Shown here: positions 38,563 through 46,539 of the stretch, one piece after another
Layout of the letters: the number at the start of each line of letters is the position of its first letter
Numbering within the stretch: the stretch's first letter is position 1
Origin: Clostridiales bacterium DTU064
GTDB lineage: Bacteria; Bacillota; Clostridia; Oscillospirales; CAG-272
Reading direction: 5' to 3'
Assembly: GCA_001513385.1 (NCBI GenBank)
Contig: LFTK01000058.1
Location: 300 to 51,451 of the forward strand
DNA: 51,152 nucleotides
Program-made: the position numbers and the translations under genes
Notes under the pieces: generated by a model
Database searches by the model: none
What the model saw: only the letters and a program-made list of their open reading frames with translations
What the model was told of the DNA's origin: nothing

Positions 38563-40237
38563 TAATAATCGTCTCCTTGAGCTTTGATAACGCTATTTTT
38601 GTCTCCGCTGCCGTTTCGCCAAGAAGAGATGCAATTTCATGGACTATCCGAAGCTGACGCTCGACGACTTCGTCAGCAACCTCAACAGTTTTTCTGCCAA
38701 GCTCCTCTTTTTTACGGCGCTCTTCCTCGGCATCGGTGACATCGCGCAAAATACCTATCAGTATACGCGATTTCTTGTCATGAACAACTGTAACCTCGAG
38801 ATATTTTTCGTATTCGGGATAATAATTGAGCTTATCACGAACAACGGCAGCCCCTGACAGTGTATCGGTAAATGGAAGCGGATCGAAAATGCGCACAATC
38901 AGCTCGCCTAAAACATCACTTTTCTGACGAACGCCAAGCATACGCATGGCAGCAGGATTGATATCCTGTATTTCCATGTCTTCATTTACGACAATGATGC
39001 CGTTCGGGTTGTTTCTTACAATCGTATCAGAAAACCTCTCCGCCTTTTCCATCAGATAAGGCAGGCACATGCTGATGTCAGCCTTACCTTCAAGGACAGC
39101 GATAGCCTTTTCACGGCACGTCGGATAACCGCATGAACCGCAGTTGAGTTCATCTTCCGGCTTTGTCTTACCGGTAAGTCGCAGAACGTCGAGAATTTCC
39201 GCTTCTGTCGGGGTATATTTTTCTCTTGATATGTTTGTATGTACGGTCAGGAGCCTTGCATTTGATATGTCGTCTGTCGGAAAATCATCTTTTCCGGCAT
39301 AATTGACGATATCGCGGTAGTGACGAACAGGTGCGTTTTTATATTTCTCCATTATAGGACCGCCAATACAGCTTCCTGAGCACGCCGACATTTCAATGAA
39401 GCACTTGCCAAGCCCACCGGCTTCAATATCGTGAATCGCCGCTATGCAGTTATCAATACCTGACACCGAAATCCGTGTATATTCACATTCAGCCGGAAAA
39501 TCCATAGTCTTTATAATGCCACCGTCCGTCGGGAAAATACGCGCACGGCTGTCAGGGCGTCTGTCGGTTTTCTTTTCCAGTGTAATTCCGGACGCCGCCA
39601 TCATTGACGACAGTTCTTCAAATGTCAAAACGGCGTCAGTGAGACTGTCCTCAGCTTCAGCTTTTTTAGAAAGGCACGGCCCGATGAAAACGACCTTACA
39701 TCCCGGCATCCGGTGTTTTATATCAATGGCGTGCGCCGCCATCGGGCTGACGACCGGTGCAAGGTATGGAATAACAGCGGGGTGATATTTACGTATCAAT
39801 AAATTAACGGAGGGGCAGCAGCTTGAAATGAGTATTTCATACTCACCCCTTGAAAGCAGTTCCTCATATTGTCGCTTGACGAGTGTTGCGCCGACAGCCG
39901 TTTCCTCTGCATAGCTGAACCCGAGAGCAAATAATGCATGTGACAATGCATCAAAACCGACGCCCTCAAAATAGGCAGCAAAGGATGGCGCCACGCTTGC
40001 CACTACCGGTGCATCACCGGCTAAAAGCACGCGTACATATTCTGTTGCATCGGCTATCTCTTTCGCATTTTGCGGGCAAACGACAAAACAATGACCGCAC
40101 AGTATGCATTCATCTTTAATGACATGAGCTTGCCCCGCAGAGAAACGTATAGCTTTAACCGGACAGTTGCGTATACATTTATAACAGTTTTTGCAGTTGG
40201 ATTTTTTAAATCTCAAATATTCCTGCACTGACGCCAT
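38522..40237 (-). CDS. hydS: putative sensory [FeFe] hydrogenase (HydS-like, group C) with C-terminal Cys motif, PAS domain and coiled-coil tail
   Basis: Two CxxCxxCxxxCP motifs. Variant H-cluster motifs SSCCPSV, GPCLSKKAE and EMSACSGSCIGGP. Then CGSCGYPTC and a PAS-like segment. The start is uncertain: ATG 40237 abuts AGGAGG, GTG 40228 has a 9-nt spacing, and the track TTG at 40291 has no RBS. Confidence 0.85.
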   Translation of the reverse strand: MASVQEYLRFKKSNCKNCYKCIRNCPVKAIRFSAGQAHVIKDECILCGHCFVVCPQNAKEIADATEYVRVLLAGDAPVVASVAPSFAAYFEGVGFDALSHALFALGFSYAEETAVGATLVKRQYEELLSRGEYEILISSCCPSVNLLIRKYHPAVIPYLAPVVSPMAAHAIDIKHRMPGCKVVFIGPCLSKKAEAEDSLTDAVLTFEELSSMMAASGITLEKKTDRRPDSRARIFPTDGGIIKTMDFPAECEYTRISVSGIDNCIAAIHDIEAGGLGKCFIEMSACSGSCIGGPIMEKYKNAPVRHYRDIVNYAGKDDFPTDDISNARLLTVHTNISREKYTPTEAEILDVLRLTGKTKPEDELNCGSCGYPTCREKAIAVLEGKADISMCLPYLMEKAERFSDTIVRNNPNGIIVVNEDMEIQDINPAAMRMLGVRQKSDVLGELIVRIFDPLPFTDTLSGAAVVRDKLNYYPEYEKYLEVTVVHDKKSRILIGILRDVTDAEEERRKKEELGRKTVEVADEVVERQLRIVHEIASLLGETAAETKIALSKLKETIINEHKDGYDQDTSK

Positions 40238-40426
40238 CCTCCTGCCATCAGGCTCTTGTCTTTTTATTCTGCATATCGATCCGATATACAACAGTCGTCA
40301 TATATAATGTTGACATGCTGTATTTTTATTTTTCCGTCTTGTTATTCTGCCGTTTTAATATCCCTATGTTACAGTTTTTTGTGCTTTATCGGTTGCTTTA
40401 AAAAACCCAAACAAAGCACTATTATA

Positions 40427-41182
40427 TCACTCATACTCGACGACGTCTACCCATCTGCGAAGAAGAGTTTCCTCTCCTTTTTTTCCCTTAACAGATTGCG
40501 ATGCAGCGACAATCGGTATCCATTTGTTGACGTATCTCCGATCTGTGCCGCTCATCTTGCAGAAAAGCTCAATATATTTCTCTGCAAGCTCCACCTTACC
40601 CTCAAGATTGAAAAGCAAGAACGTGCGCGCAACGTCGGCTGAGGCGTTTCCTTGCGTTGCATGAGCCCAGTCGATAATATACGGGGTGCCTTCGTCTGTG
40701 ATGATTATATTTGTTGGATTGAAGTCGCCATGGCAAAGCTTGTTATGCTTCGGCATACCATCAAGGCGTGTATGAAGCTCGTATTTTATTGTGTCACTGA
40801 ACGAGGTCAGATCTATTTTCCTGTGCATCTTTTCGGTCAGACGCCCGAGCATCGGGCAGGTTTTTGAATGAACCTCCATCTGAAGCGACACAAAAAGCTT
40901 TAAGTATTCGTCCTCGCGCTCAGGATGAAGTTGCATGAGTTCCGCAAGAGTTTTGCCGGGGATGTAGTCGAGAACAATCGCCCATCTCTCGCCGTCCTTA
41001 CGCACTTCACGTACTTTTGCAATGTTTAAGCCTGTTTCCTCAACACGCGCCTGATTCAGCGCTTCGTTGAGCACCATCGCCTTAGAGTAATCCTCATTAA
41101 ACGACTTGACTGTACAGTCTCCCTCTCGGTAGATAATTTTTGCCTCTTGTTTTGATATAATTTCTTTCCCTTCGAAGCTCAT
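40427..41182 (-). CDS. APH-fold (aminoglycoside/choline-kinase-like) phosphotransferase, small stand-alone kinase
   Basis: LCHGDFNPTNIII (Brenner motif HGDxxxxN) and YIIDWAHA (DxD-type metal site). The start is set at ATG 41182 (GAGG 7 nt upstream, inside the last adhE codons). The track GTG at 41188 is too close to the SD. Confidence 0.75.
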   Translation of the reverse strand: MSFEGKEIISKQEAKIIYREGDCTVKSFNEDYSKAMVLNEALNQARVEETGLNIAKVREVRKDGERWAIVLDYIPGKTLAELMQLHPEREDEYLKLFVSLQMEVHSKTCPMLGRLTEKMHRKIDLTSFSDTIKYELHTRLDGMPKHNKLCHGDFNPTNIIITDEGTPYIIDWAHATQGNASADVARTFLLFNLEGKVELAEKYIELFCKMSGTDRRYVNKWIPIVAASQSVKGKKGEETLLRRWVDVVEYE

Positions 41183-41191
41183 GGTCACGCC

Positions 41192-43816
41192 TCACTTTCC
41201 GTAATATGCATTTAAGTACATTTGCTTTATTTCCGAGATAAGCGGGTAACGCGGGTTTGCGCCTGTGCACTGGTCATCAAATGCCTGCTCAGACATTTCA
41301 TCAAGCCGTGCGAGGAAGTCCTCTTCATCCGGTACATAGTCGCGAATCGTCGGCTTAATACCAACGCGCTCTTTAAGTTCGTCAATCTTCTTAATGAGAG
41401 CCTCAAGTTTTTCCTCGTCTGTTTTTGCATTGCCGCCGACACCGAGGTAATCAGCTATCTCTGCATAACGGGCAAGAGCATGCGGGTGGTCGTACTGCGG
41501 GAATGTACCCATCTTTGTCGGCGCTTCAGCCGCATTGAAACGAATGACTTCATCTATCATGAGCGCGTTTGCAATACCATGCGGCAGGTGGTGGAAAGCG
41601 CCGAGCTTGTGAGCCATAGAATGGCATACACCGAGGAAAGCATTTGCAAATGCCATACCGGCGATTGTTGCAGCATTCGCCATTTTCTCGCGAGCGACAT
41701 TATCCGGCACTCCTGTGCATGCGCTGTCATATGCGCGTGGCAGATAATCAAATATCATACGCAAAGCGCGAAGCGCAAGACCGTCTGTATAGTCGGTTGC
41801 CATAATAGACGCATACGCTTCAAGCGCGTGTACCATTGCGTCAATGCCTGACGCCGCTGTCAGCCCGCGCGGCGCTGTCATCATAAGATCGGCGTCGACT
41901 ATCGCCATTTTCGGCAGAAGTTCATAGTCAGCAAGTGGGTATTTTATGCCCGTCGTCTGGTCTGTAATAACGGCAAACGGCGTCACTTCACTGCCTGTTC
42001 CTGCAGATGTAGGAATGGCGATGAAATAAGCTTTCTCACCCATCTTCGGGAATGTATAGACGCGTTTGCGAATGTCCATGAAGCGAAGGGCCATGTCGTG
42101 GAAGTCAACATCCGGATGCTCATAAAGCACCCACATGATTTTACCTGCGTCCATAGCGGAACCACCGCCGACAGCTATTATTACATCAGGCTCAAACGCT
42201 GTCATTTCAGCGGCACCGGCCTCGGCACATGCAAGCGTCGGGTCAGGCTCGACATTTGAAAATGTCTTAAATGTTATACCAAGCTCTGTCAGCTTTTTCT
42301 CAATCGGCTTTGTCGCACCGCTCTTATAAAGGAACGTGTCGGTAACAATGAAAGCGCGCTTTTTATTTAAAACTGTGCCAAGCTCATTGAGCGCCACGTC
42401 AAGGCAGCCCTTTTTGAAATAAACTTTTTCGGGTGCACGGAACCAGAGCATGTTTTCTCTCCTTTCGGCAACCGTTTTTATGTTAAGTAAGTGACGTACA
42501 CCGACGTTTTCTGATACGCTGTTCCCGCCCCAGCTTCCGCATCCGAGCGTGAGCGACGGTGCAAGACGGAAGTTGTATAAATCACCGATACCGCCCTGTG
42601 AGGATGGTGTGTTTACAAGTATGCGGCAGGTTTTCATGCGTGCCTCAAAGCGTGCAAGCTTATCGGCTGCTTTATTTACATCAAGATAAATAGACGCTGT
42701 GTGTCCGTAGCCACCGTCGGTTATCAGGCGCTCTGCTTTTGAGAATGCGTCGTCGATGTCGGTGGCACGGTACATAGCAAGAACAGGCGACAGCTTTTCG
42801 TGCGCAAATTCCTCCGAAAGCTCGACGCTCTCGACTTCGCCTATGAGTATTTTTGTCGTCTCAGGAACTTCAAATCCGGCAAGTGATGCAATTGTGTGAG
42901 CTGTCTGCCCGACGATTTTCGCATTGAGCGCGCCGTTTATGATAATCGTCTTTCTTACCTTTTCCGTTTCTTCAGGTGATAAGAAATAGCAGCCCCTGTA
43001 AGCGAACTCTTTCTTTACCTTATCATATATAGAATCAAGCACGATAACAGACTGCTCGGACGCGCATATCATGCCGTTGTCGAACGTTTTTGAGTGAATT
43101 ATAGAGTTGACAGCAAGGATTATATCAGCGCTGTCGTCAATTATCGCCGGTGTGTTGCCGGGTCCGACGCCAACTGCCGGTTTTCCGCTTGAATACGCAG
43201 CCTTTACAAGTCCCGGGCCGCCTGTGGCAAGTATTAAGTCGGACTCCTTCATGAGCAGATTTGTCAGATCAAGGCTTGGAACATCAATCCACGCAATTAT
43301 ATCTTCCGGTGCCCCTGCGGCAACTGCTGCTTCAAGTACTATTTTTGCAGCGGCGACAGTAGATTCCTTTGCGCGGGGGTGCGGGCTGATGATAATGCCG
43401 TTGCGTGTTTTCAGCGCAAGTAAAGTCTTGAATATTGTTGTCGACGTCGGGTTTGTTGTCGGTATAACAGCGGCAATCAACCCAACCGGCTCGGCTATTT
43501 TTTTGTAGCCGGCAGCCTTGTCTTCCTCGATTACACCGCACGTTTTGACATTTTTATAAGTGTTATATATATATTCAGACGCGTAATGATTCTTAATTAC
43601 TTTATCTTCGACGACACCCATCCCCGTTTCAGCAACTGCCTGCTTCGCGAGCGGAAGGCGCGCGCTGTTCGCGGCAAGCGCCGCGGCGCGGAATATTTCA
43701 TCAACCTTTTCCTGCGTGAAGTTCGCGTAAATTTGCTGTGCCGCACGTACGCGTGATATCGCCGATTCAAGCGTTTCCACATTGTTAACAATTTCATATG
43801 TTCTTACCGTTTTCAT
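41192..43816 (-). CDS. adhE: bifunctional acetaldehyde-CoA / alcohol dehydrogenase
   Basis: 874 aa with an N-terminal ALDH domain (catalytic Cys in NGMICASEQS) and a C-terminal Fe-ADH domain (GGGSAMDAGK, HSMAHKLG...H). Confidence 0.96.
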   Translation of the reverse strand: MKTVRTYEIVNNVETLESAISRVRAAQQIYANFTQEKVDEIFRAAALAANSARLPLAKQAVAETGMGVVEDKVIKNHYASEYIYNTYKNVKTCGVIEEDKAAGYKKIAEPVGLIAAVIPTTNPTSTTIFKTLLALKTRNGIIISPHPRAKESTVAAAKIVLEAAVAAGAPEDIIAWIDVPSLDLTNLLMKESDLILATGGPGLVKAAYSSGKPAVGVGPGNTPAIIDDSADIILAVNSIIHSKTFDNGMICASEQSVIVLDSIYDKVKKEFAYRGCYFLSPEETEKVRKTIIINGALNAKIVGQTAHTIASLAGFEVPETTKILIGEVESVELSEEFAHEKLSPVLAMYRATDIDDAFSKAERLITDGGYGHTASIYLDVNKAADKLARFEARMKTCRILVNTPSSQGGIGDLYNFRLAPSLTLGCGSWGGNSVSENVGVRHLLNIKTVAERRENMLWFRAPEKVYFKKGCLDVALNELGTVLNKKRAFIVTDTFLYKSGATKPIEKKLTELGITFKTFSNVEPDPTLACAEAGAAEMTAFEPDVIIAVGGGSAMDAGKIMWVLYEHPDVDFHDMALRFMDIRKRVYTFPKMGEKAYFIAIPTSAGTGSEVTPFAVITDQTTGIKYPLADYELLPKMAIVDADLMMTAPRGLTAASGIDAMVHALEAYASIMATDYTDGLALRALRMIFDYLPRAYDSACTGVPDNVAREKMANAATIAGMAFANAFLGVCHSMAHKLGAFHHLPHGIANALMIDEVIRFNAAEAPTKMGTFPQYDHPHALARYAEIADYLGVGGNAKTDEEKLEALIKKIDELKERVGIKPTIRDYVPDEEDFLARLDEMSEQAFDDQCTGANPRYPLISEIKQMYLNAYYGK

Positions 43817-43881
43817 AAAAACGAACCAACCCTTCTAAAGAAGCTTAAAATGATTTTACATATGATTATTTAATTAATGTT

Positions 43882-44565
43882 TTACTTGTCATCATCAACA
43901 GATGCAACATTTGATTCTCTTTCCAATACCTCACGGAGAGCCCGTGACAGTACGGCGAGTGACGCCGCCATATTTTCGTTTTGAATCAATATCCCCTCGG
44001 GAACATTCAGATGTACGGGAGAAAAATTCCATATAGCACGGACACCACCTTCAATTAAGAGATTGCATACCGATTGTGCTGCCGCTGCTGGAACAGTTAT
44101 TATCCCGATGTGAATATTCATCCTCTTACATAACTTAACAATTTCATCCGAATGAAACACCGGTATATTTTTTATTTTTGTCCCAACGACAGACTCGGCA
44201 ACATCAAATGCAGCAACAATATTTAACCCATAATCACGAAAACCCTCGTAGGATAACAGCGCATGGCCAAGAGACCCCGCACCTACAAGGACAGCATCCG
44301 TTGAATTGTTATAACCCAAAACAGATTCGATATCACTTATTAGAGTTTTAACGTCAAAGCCTTGTCTTGGCCTGCCGCTTGACGAGCATACGGCTGCAAA
44401 ATCTTTTCTGACCTGAATTTCTCCATATTTAAAATGCGCAGCTACTGTCGGTGCCGAAACTACTGTACACCCTTCGGCTTCAAGCTTTCTCAAATAGTCG
44501 AGATAATATGGCAGTCTCTGTATCGTCTGCACAGACAGCGTTGTCGCATCGCTTCTCCTTTGCAT
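43882..44565 (-). CDS. rex: redox-sensing transcriptional repressor Rex
   Basis: 227 aa with winged helix RLPYYLDYLRKL..EG...VSA......F, and a Rossmann motif VGAGSLGHAL. Confidence 0.93.
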   Translation of the reverse strand: MQRRSDATTLSVQTIQRLPYYLDYLRKLEAEGCTVVSAPTVAAHFKYGEIQVRKDFAAVCSSSGRPRQGFDVKTLISDIESVLGYNNSTDAVLVGAGSLGHALLSYEGFRDYGLNIVAAFDVAESVVGTKIKNIPVFHSDEIVKLCKRMNIHIGIITVPAAAAQSVCNLLIEGGVRAIWNFSPVHLNVPEGILIQNENMAASLAVLSRALREVLERESNVASVDDDK

Positions 44566-44604
44566 CGCACTCGCTCCTTTTTAAATAGATATCCTGTTAT
44601 CGAT

Positions 44605-44634
44605 ATTATATTATCTATATTGTATTTATGTCAA
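44605..44634 (-). promoter_or_regulatory. sigma-A promoter of rex (TTGACA-18 nt-TATAAT)
   Basis: On the minus strand, -35 TTGACA is at 44634-44629 and -10 TATAAT at 44610-44605, about 40 nt upstream of the rex ATG. Confidence 0.7.
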
Positions 44635-44729
44635 CATACAAAATGTAAAATCATATTGACGAAATATCCTTTAATTGTTGTACAAATCACTAACAAAAAG
44701 TGATGATAAGAGTTTCATTCAAAACAATG

Positions 44730-44769
44730 CTCCCTGCGTGAAATATTTCTCGCAGGGAGTGTTTTGTTT
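44730..44769. terminator. orphan 30-bp near-perfect palindrome with flanking T/A runs (intrinsic-terminator shape; alternatively a protein operator)
   Basis: ctccctgcgtgaaat | atttctcgcagggag has a single mismatch. It is followed by tgttttgttt and preceded by caaaacaatg. No gene converges on it from either side. Confidence 0.5.
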
Positions 44770-44933
44770 ATATAAAAAATGAGTTAAACAGTAAACAAAA
44801 TTTAAACTAAACTCAGGCACAGTGTAACATACCCAATTTTCGCGAAAAACACAGCATTTTTTCGCCATTTTGAATGGTAACCATAAACATGAGAGATAAT
44901 ATTTTAAACTAAAATATTATAGGTACGAAGTTT

Positions 44934-46241
44934 ATGGTTTCACTTTGGGAAAAAACATCAGCCATCCCGGGCTTTGATCGACTTGAGGGAGATATAAACA
45001 CCGATGTTTTAATCATCGGCGGTGGGCTTGCCGGCATTTTATGCGCATATAAGCTAAAGCAGGCAGGGGTTGACTATGTTCTGGTGGAAGCAAACAGGGT
45101 TTGCAGCGGCATAACAAAGAACACAACGGCAAAGATCACGTCACAACATGGTTTTATTTACGAAAAACTTATCCGCCAGTTCGGTGAGGATACGGCAAGG
45201 CTTTATCTGCGGGCAAATGAGGAAGCTGTTGACAGCTACCGCAAGCTATGCGAGAACATTGACTGTCATTTTGAAGAAAAAGACAATATCATCTACTCGA
45301 GAAAAAGTATCAGCAAAGTCAAAAAAGAAATCGACGCGCTCCATACTCTCGGCTACCCTGCCGAAATTATAGATAACTTGCCGCTCCCATTCCCTACATT
45401 CGGCGGGGTGAAATTTAAAAATCAGGCACAGTTTAATCCGCTTGAGTTTGTCACCGCTATTGTGCAGGGGCTTCGCATTTACGAACACACGACAGTTCGC
45501 GAGCTTATCGGCACAAAAGCCATAACAGACAACGGCAACATCAAAGCAAATAGAATAATTGTCGCAACACACTTCCCTTTCATAAACAAACACGGCGCGT
45601 ATTTTTTAAAGATGTTCCAGCACCGCTCTTATGTCATCGCACTTGAGGACGCACCACAACTTGATGGCATGTATGTCGATGAAGCGGCAAACGGTCTTTC
45701 TTTTCGCAATTACGAAAACCTGCTCTTAATAGGTGGCGGCGACCATCGGACGGGTAAAAAGGGCGGAGGTTGGGGTGAGCTTCGTAGCTTTGCTAAAAAG
45801 TACTTCCCCGGCGCGAGAGAAAAATACCACTGGGCGACGCAAGACTGCATAACGCTTGACGGCGTGCCGTATATCGGGCGGTATTCGTCCGGCACGGAAA
45901 ACTTATACGTTGCCACCGGCTTTAACAAATGGGGGATGACCTCCTCTATGGTCGCCGCAACGCTTCTCACCGATATGCTCTGCGGGAAGAGCAGTCCATA
46001 TGAAGATGTCTTTAATCCTTCGCGCACAATTTTGCGGCCGCAGCTTGCCAAAAACGCCGTTGAAGCTGTTGTCAACCTGCTGACTCCCACAGCCCCGCGC
46101 TGCCCCCACCTCGGATGCGCGCTCAAATGGAATCCTACGGAGCGCACATGGGATTGCCCATGCCACGGCTCACGCTTCGCTGCTAATGGAAAGCTCATCG
46201 ACAATCCTGCAACGGGAAATTTGAATATAAGAAAAGGTTAA
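44934..46241 (+). CDS. FAD-dependent oxidoreductase fused to a C-terminal Rieske [2Fe-2S] domain
   Basis: 435 aa with N-terminal DVLIIGGGLAG dinucleotide motif and C-terminal CPHLGC...CPCHGS Rieske motif. Confidence 0.8.
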   Translation: MVSLWEKTSAIPGFDRLEGDINTDVLIIGGGLAGILCAYKLKQAGVDYVLVEANRVCSGITKNTTAKITSQHGFIYEKLIRQFGEDTARLYLRANEEAVDSYRKLCENIDCHFEEKDNIIYSRKSISKVKKEIDALHTLGYPAEIIDNLPLPFPTFGGVKFKNQAQFNPLEFVTAIVQGLRIYEHTTVRELIGTKAITDNGNIKANRIIVATHFPFINKHGAYFLKMFQHRSYVIALEDAPQLDGMYVDEAANGLSFRNYENLLLIGGGDHRTGKKGGGWGELRSFAKKYFPGAREKYHWATQDCITLDGVPYIGRYSSGTENLYVATGFNKWGMTSSMVAATLLTDMLCGKSSPYEDVFNPSRTILRPQLAKNAVEAVVNLLTPTAPRCPHLGCALKWNPTERTWDCPCHGSRFAANGKLIDNPATGNLNIRKG

Positions 46242-46251
46242 AGCAAGTAAA

Positions 46252-46287
46252 AAACGCAAGCGACGTGTCAGCGCTTGCGTTTTTTTA
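46252..46287 (+). terminator. rho-independent terminator of the FAD-Rieske gene
   Basis: aaacgcaagcg / cgcttgcgttt stem followed by a T7 run. Confidence 0.9.
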
Positions 46288-46390
46288 ACAAACAATTGCT
46301 ATTCATTTTACAAGGGCCTGATAGCTCGCAGCTCAATGTATCCTCTCTCGCCACGAGGTTCAAGCTGGATGCGGGGATTTGATTACAATA

Positions 46391-46427
46391 AAAAGCATCT
46401 TATCTTCAGCAAAATAAGATGCTTTTC
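46391..46427. terminator. bidirectional hairpin terminator about 110 nt downstream of the XRE-family gene
   Basis: aaaagcatcttat / ataagatgctttt is a 13-bp stem. Confidence 0.75.
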
Positions 46428-46539
46428 GAAAGTGAAATCATGTTTGATATTATTCCCCTTCACGGGAGTATTTCAAAGGGTCATGATCTATAAGTAAATA
46501 CCGTATAAGCTGTCTATTAATGTGCGATTAGACTGAAGT

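Noticed and set aside
40256-40642. 128-aa plus-strand ORF across the hydS-kinase spacer
   Set aside because: It is antisense to the kinase 3' end and the hydS 5' region, with Cys/Phe/Ile-rich junk-like composition and no RBS.
44675-44696. Possible Rex box TTGTTGTACAAATCACTAACAA upstream of the rex promoter
   Set aside because: Only the outer 5-bp arms (TTGTT/AACAA) are complementary, and the 12-nt spacer is longer than in the Rex consensus I recall. This is too weak to call without EMSA or comparative data.
46318-46390. tRNA-like fragments (GGGCCTGATAGCTCGCAGCTC...GAGGTTCAAGCTGG) downstream of the FAD-Rieske gene
   Set aside because: No acceptor-stem complement is present, the T-stem arms do not pair (cgagg versus tggat), and there is no anticodon arm. 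It is at most a decayed remnant and is not callable.
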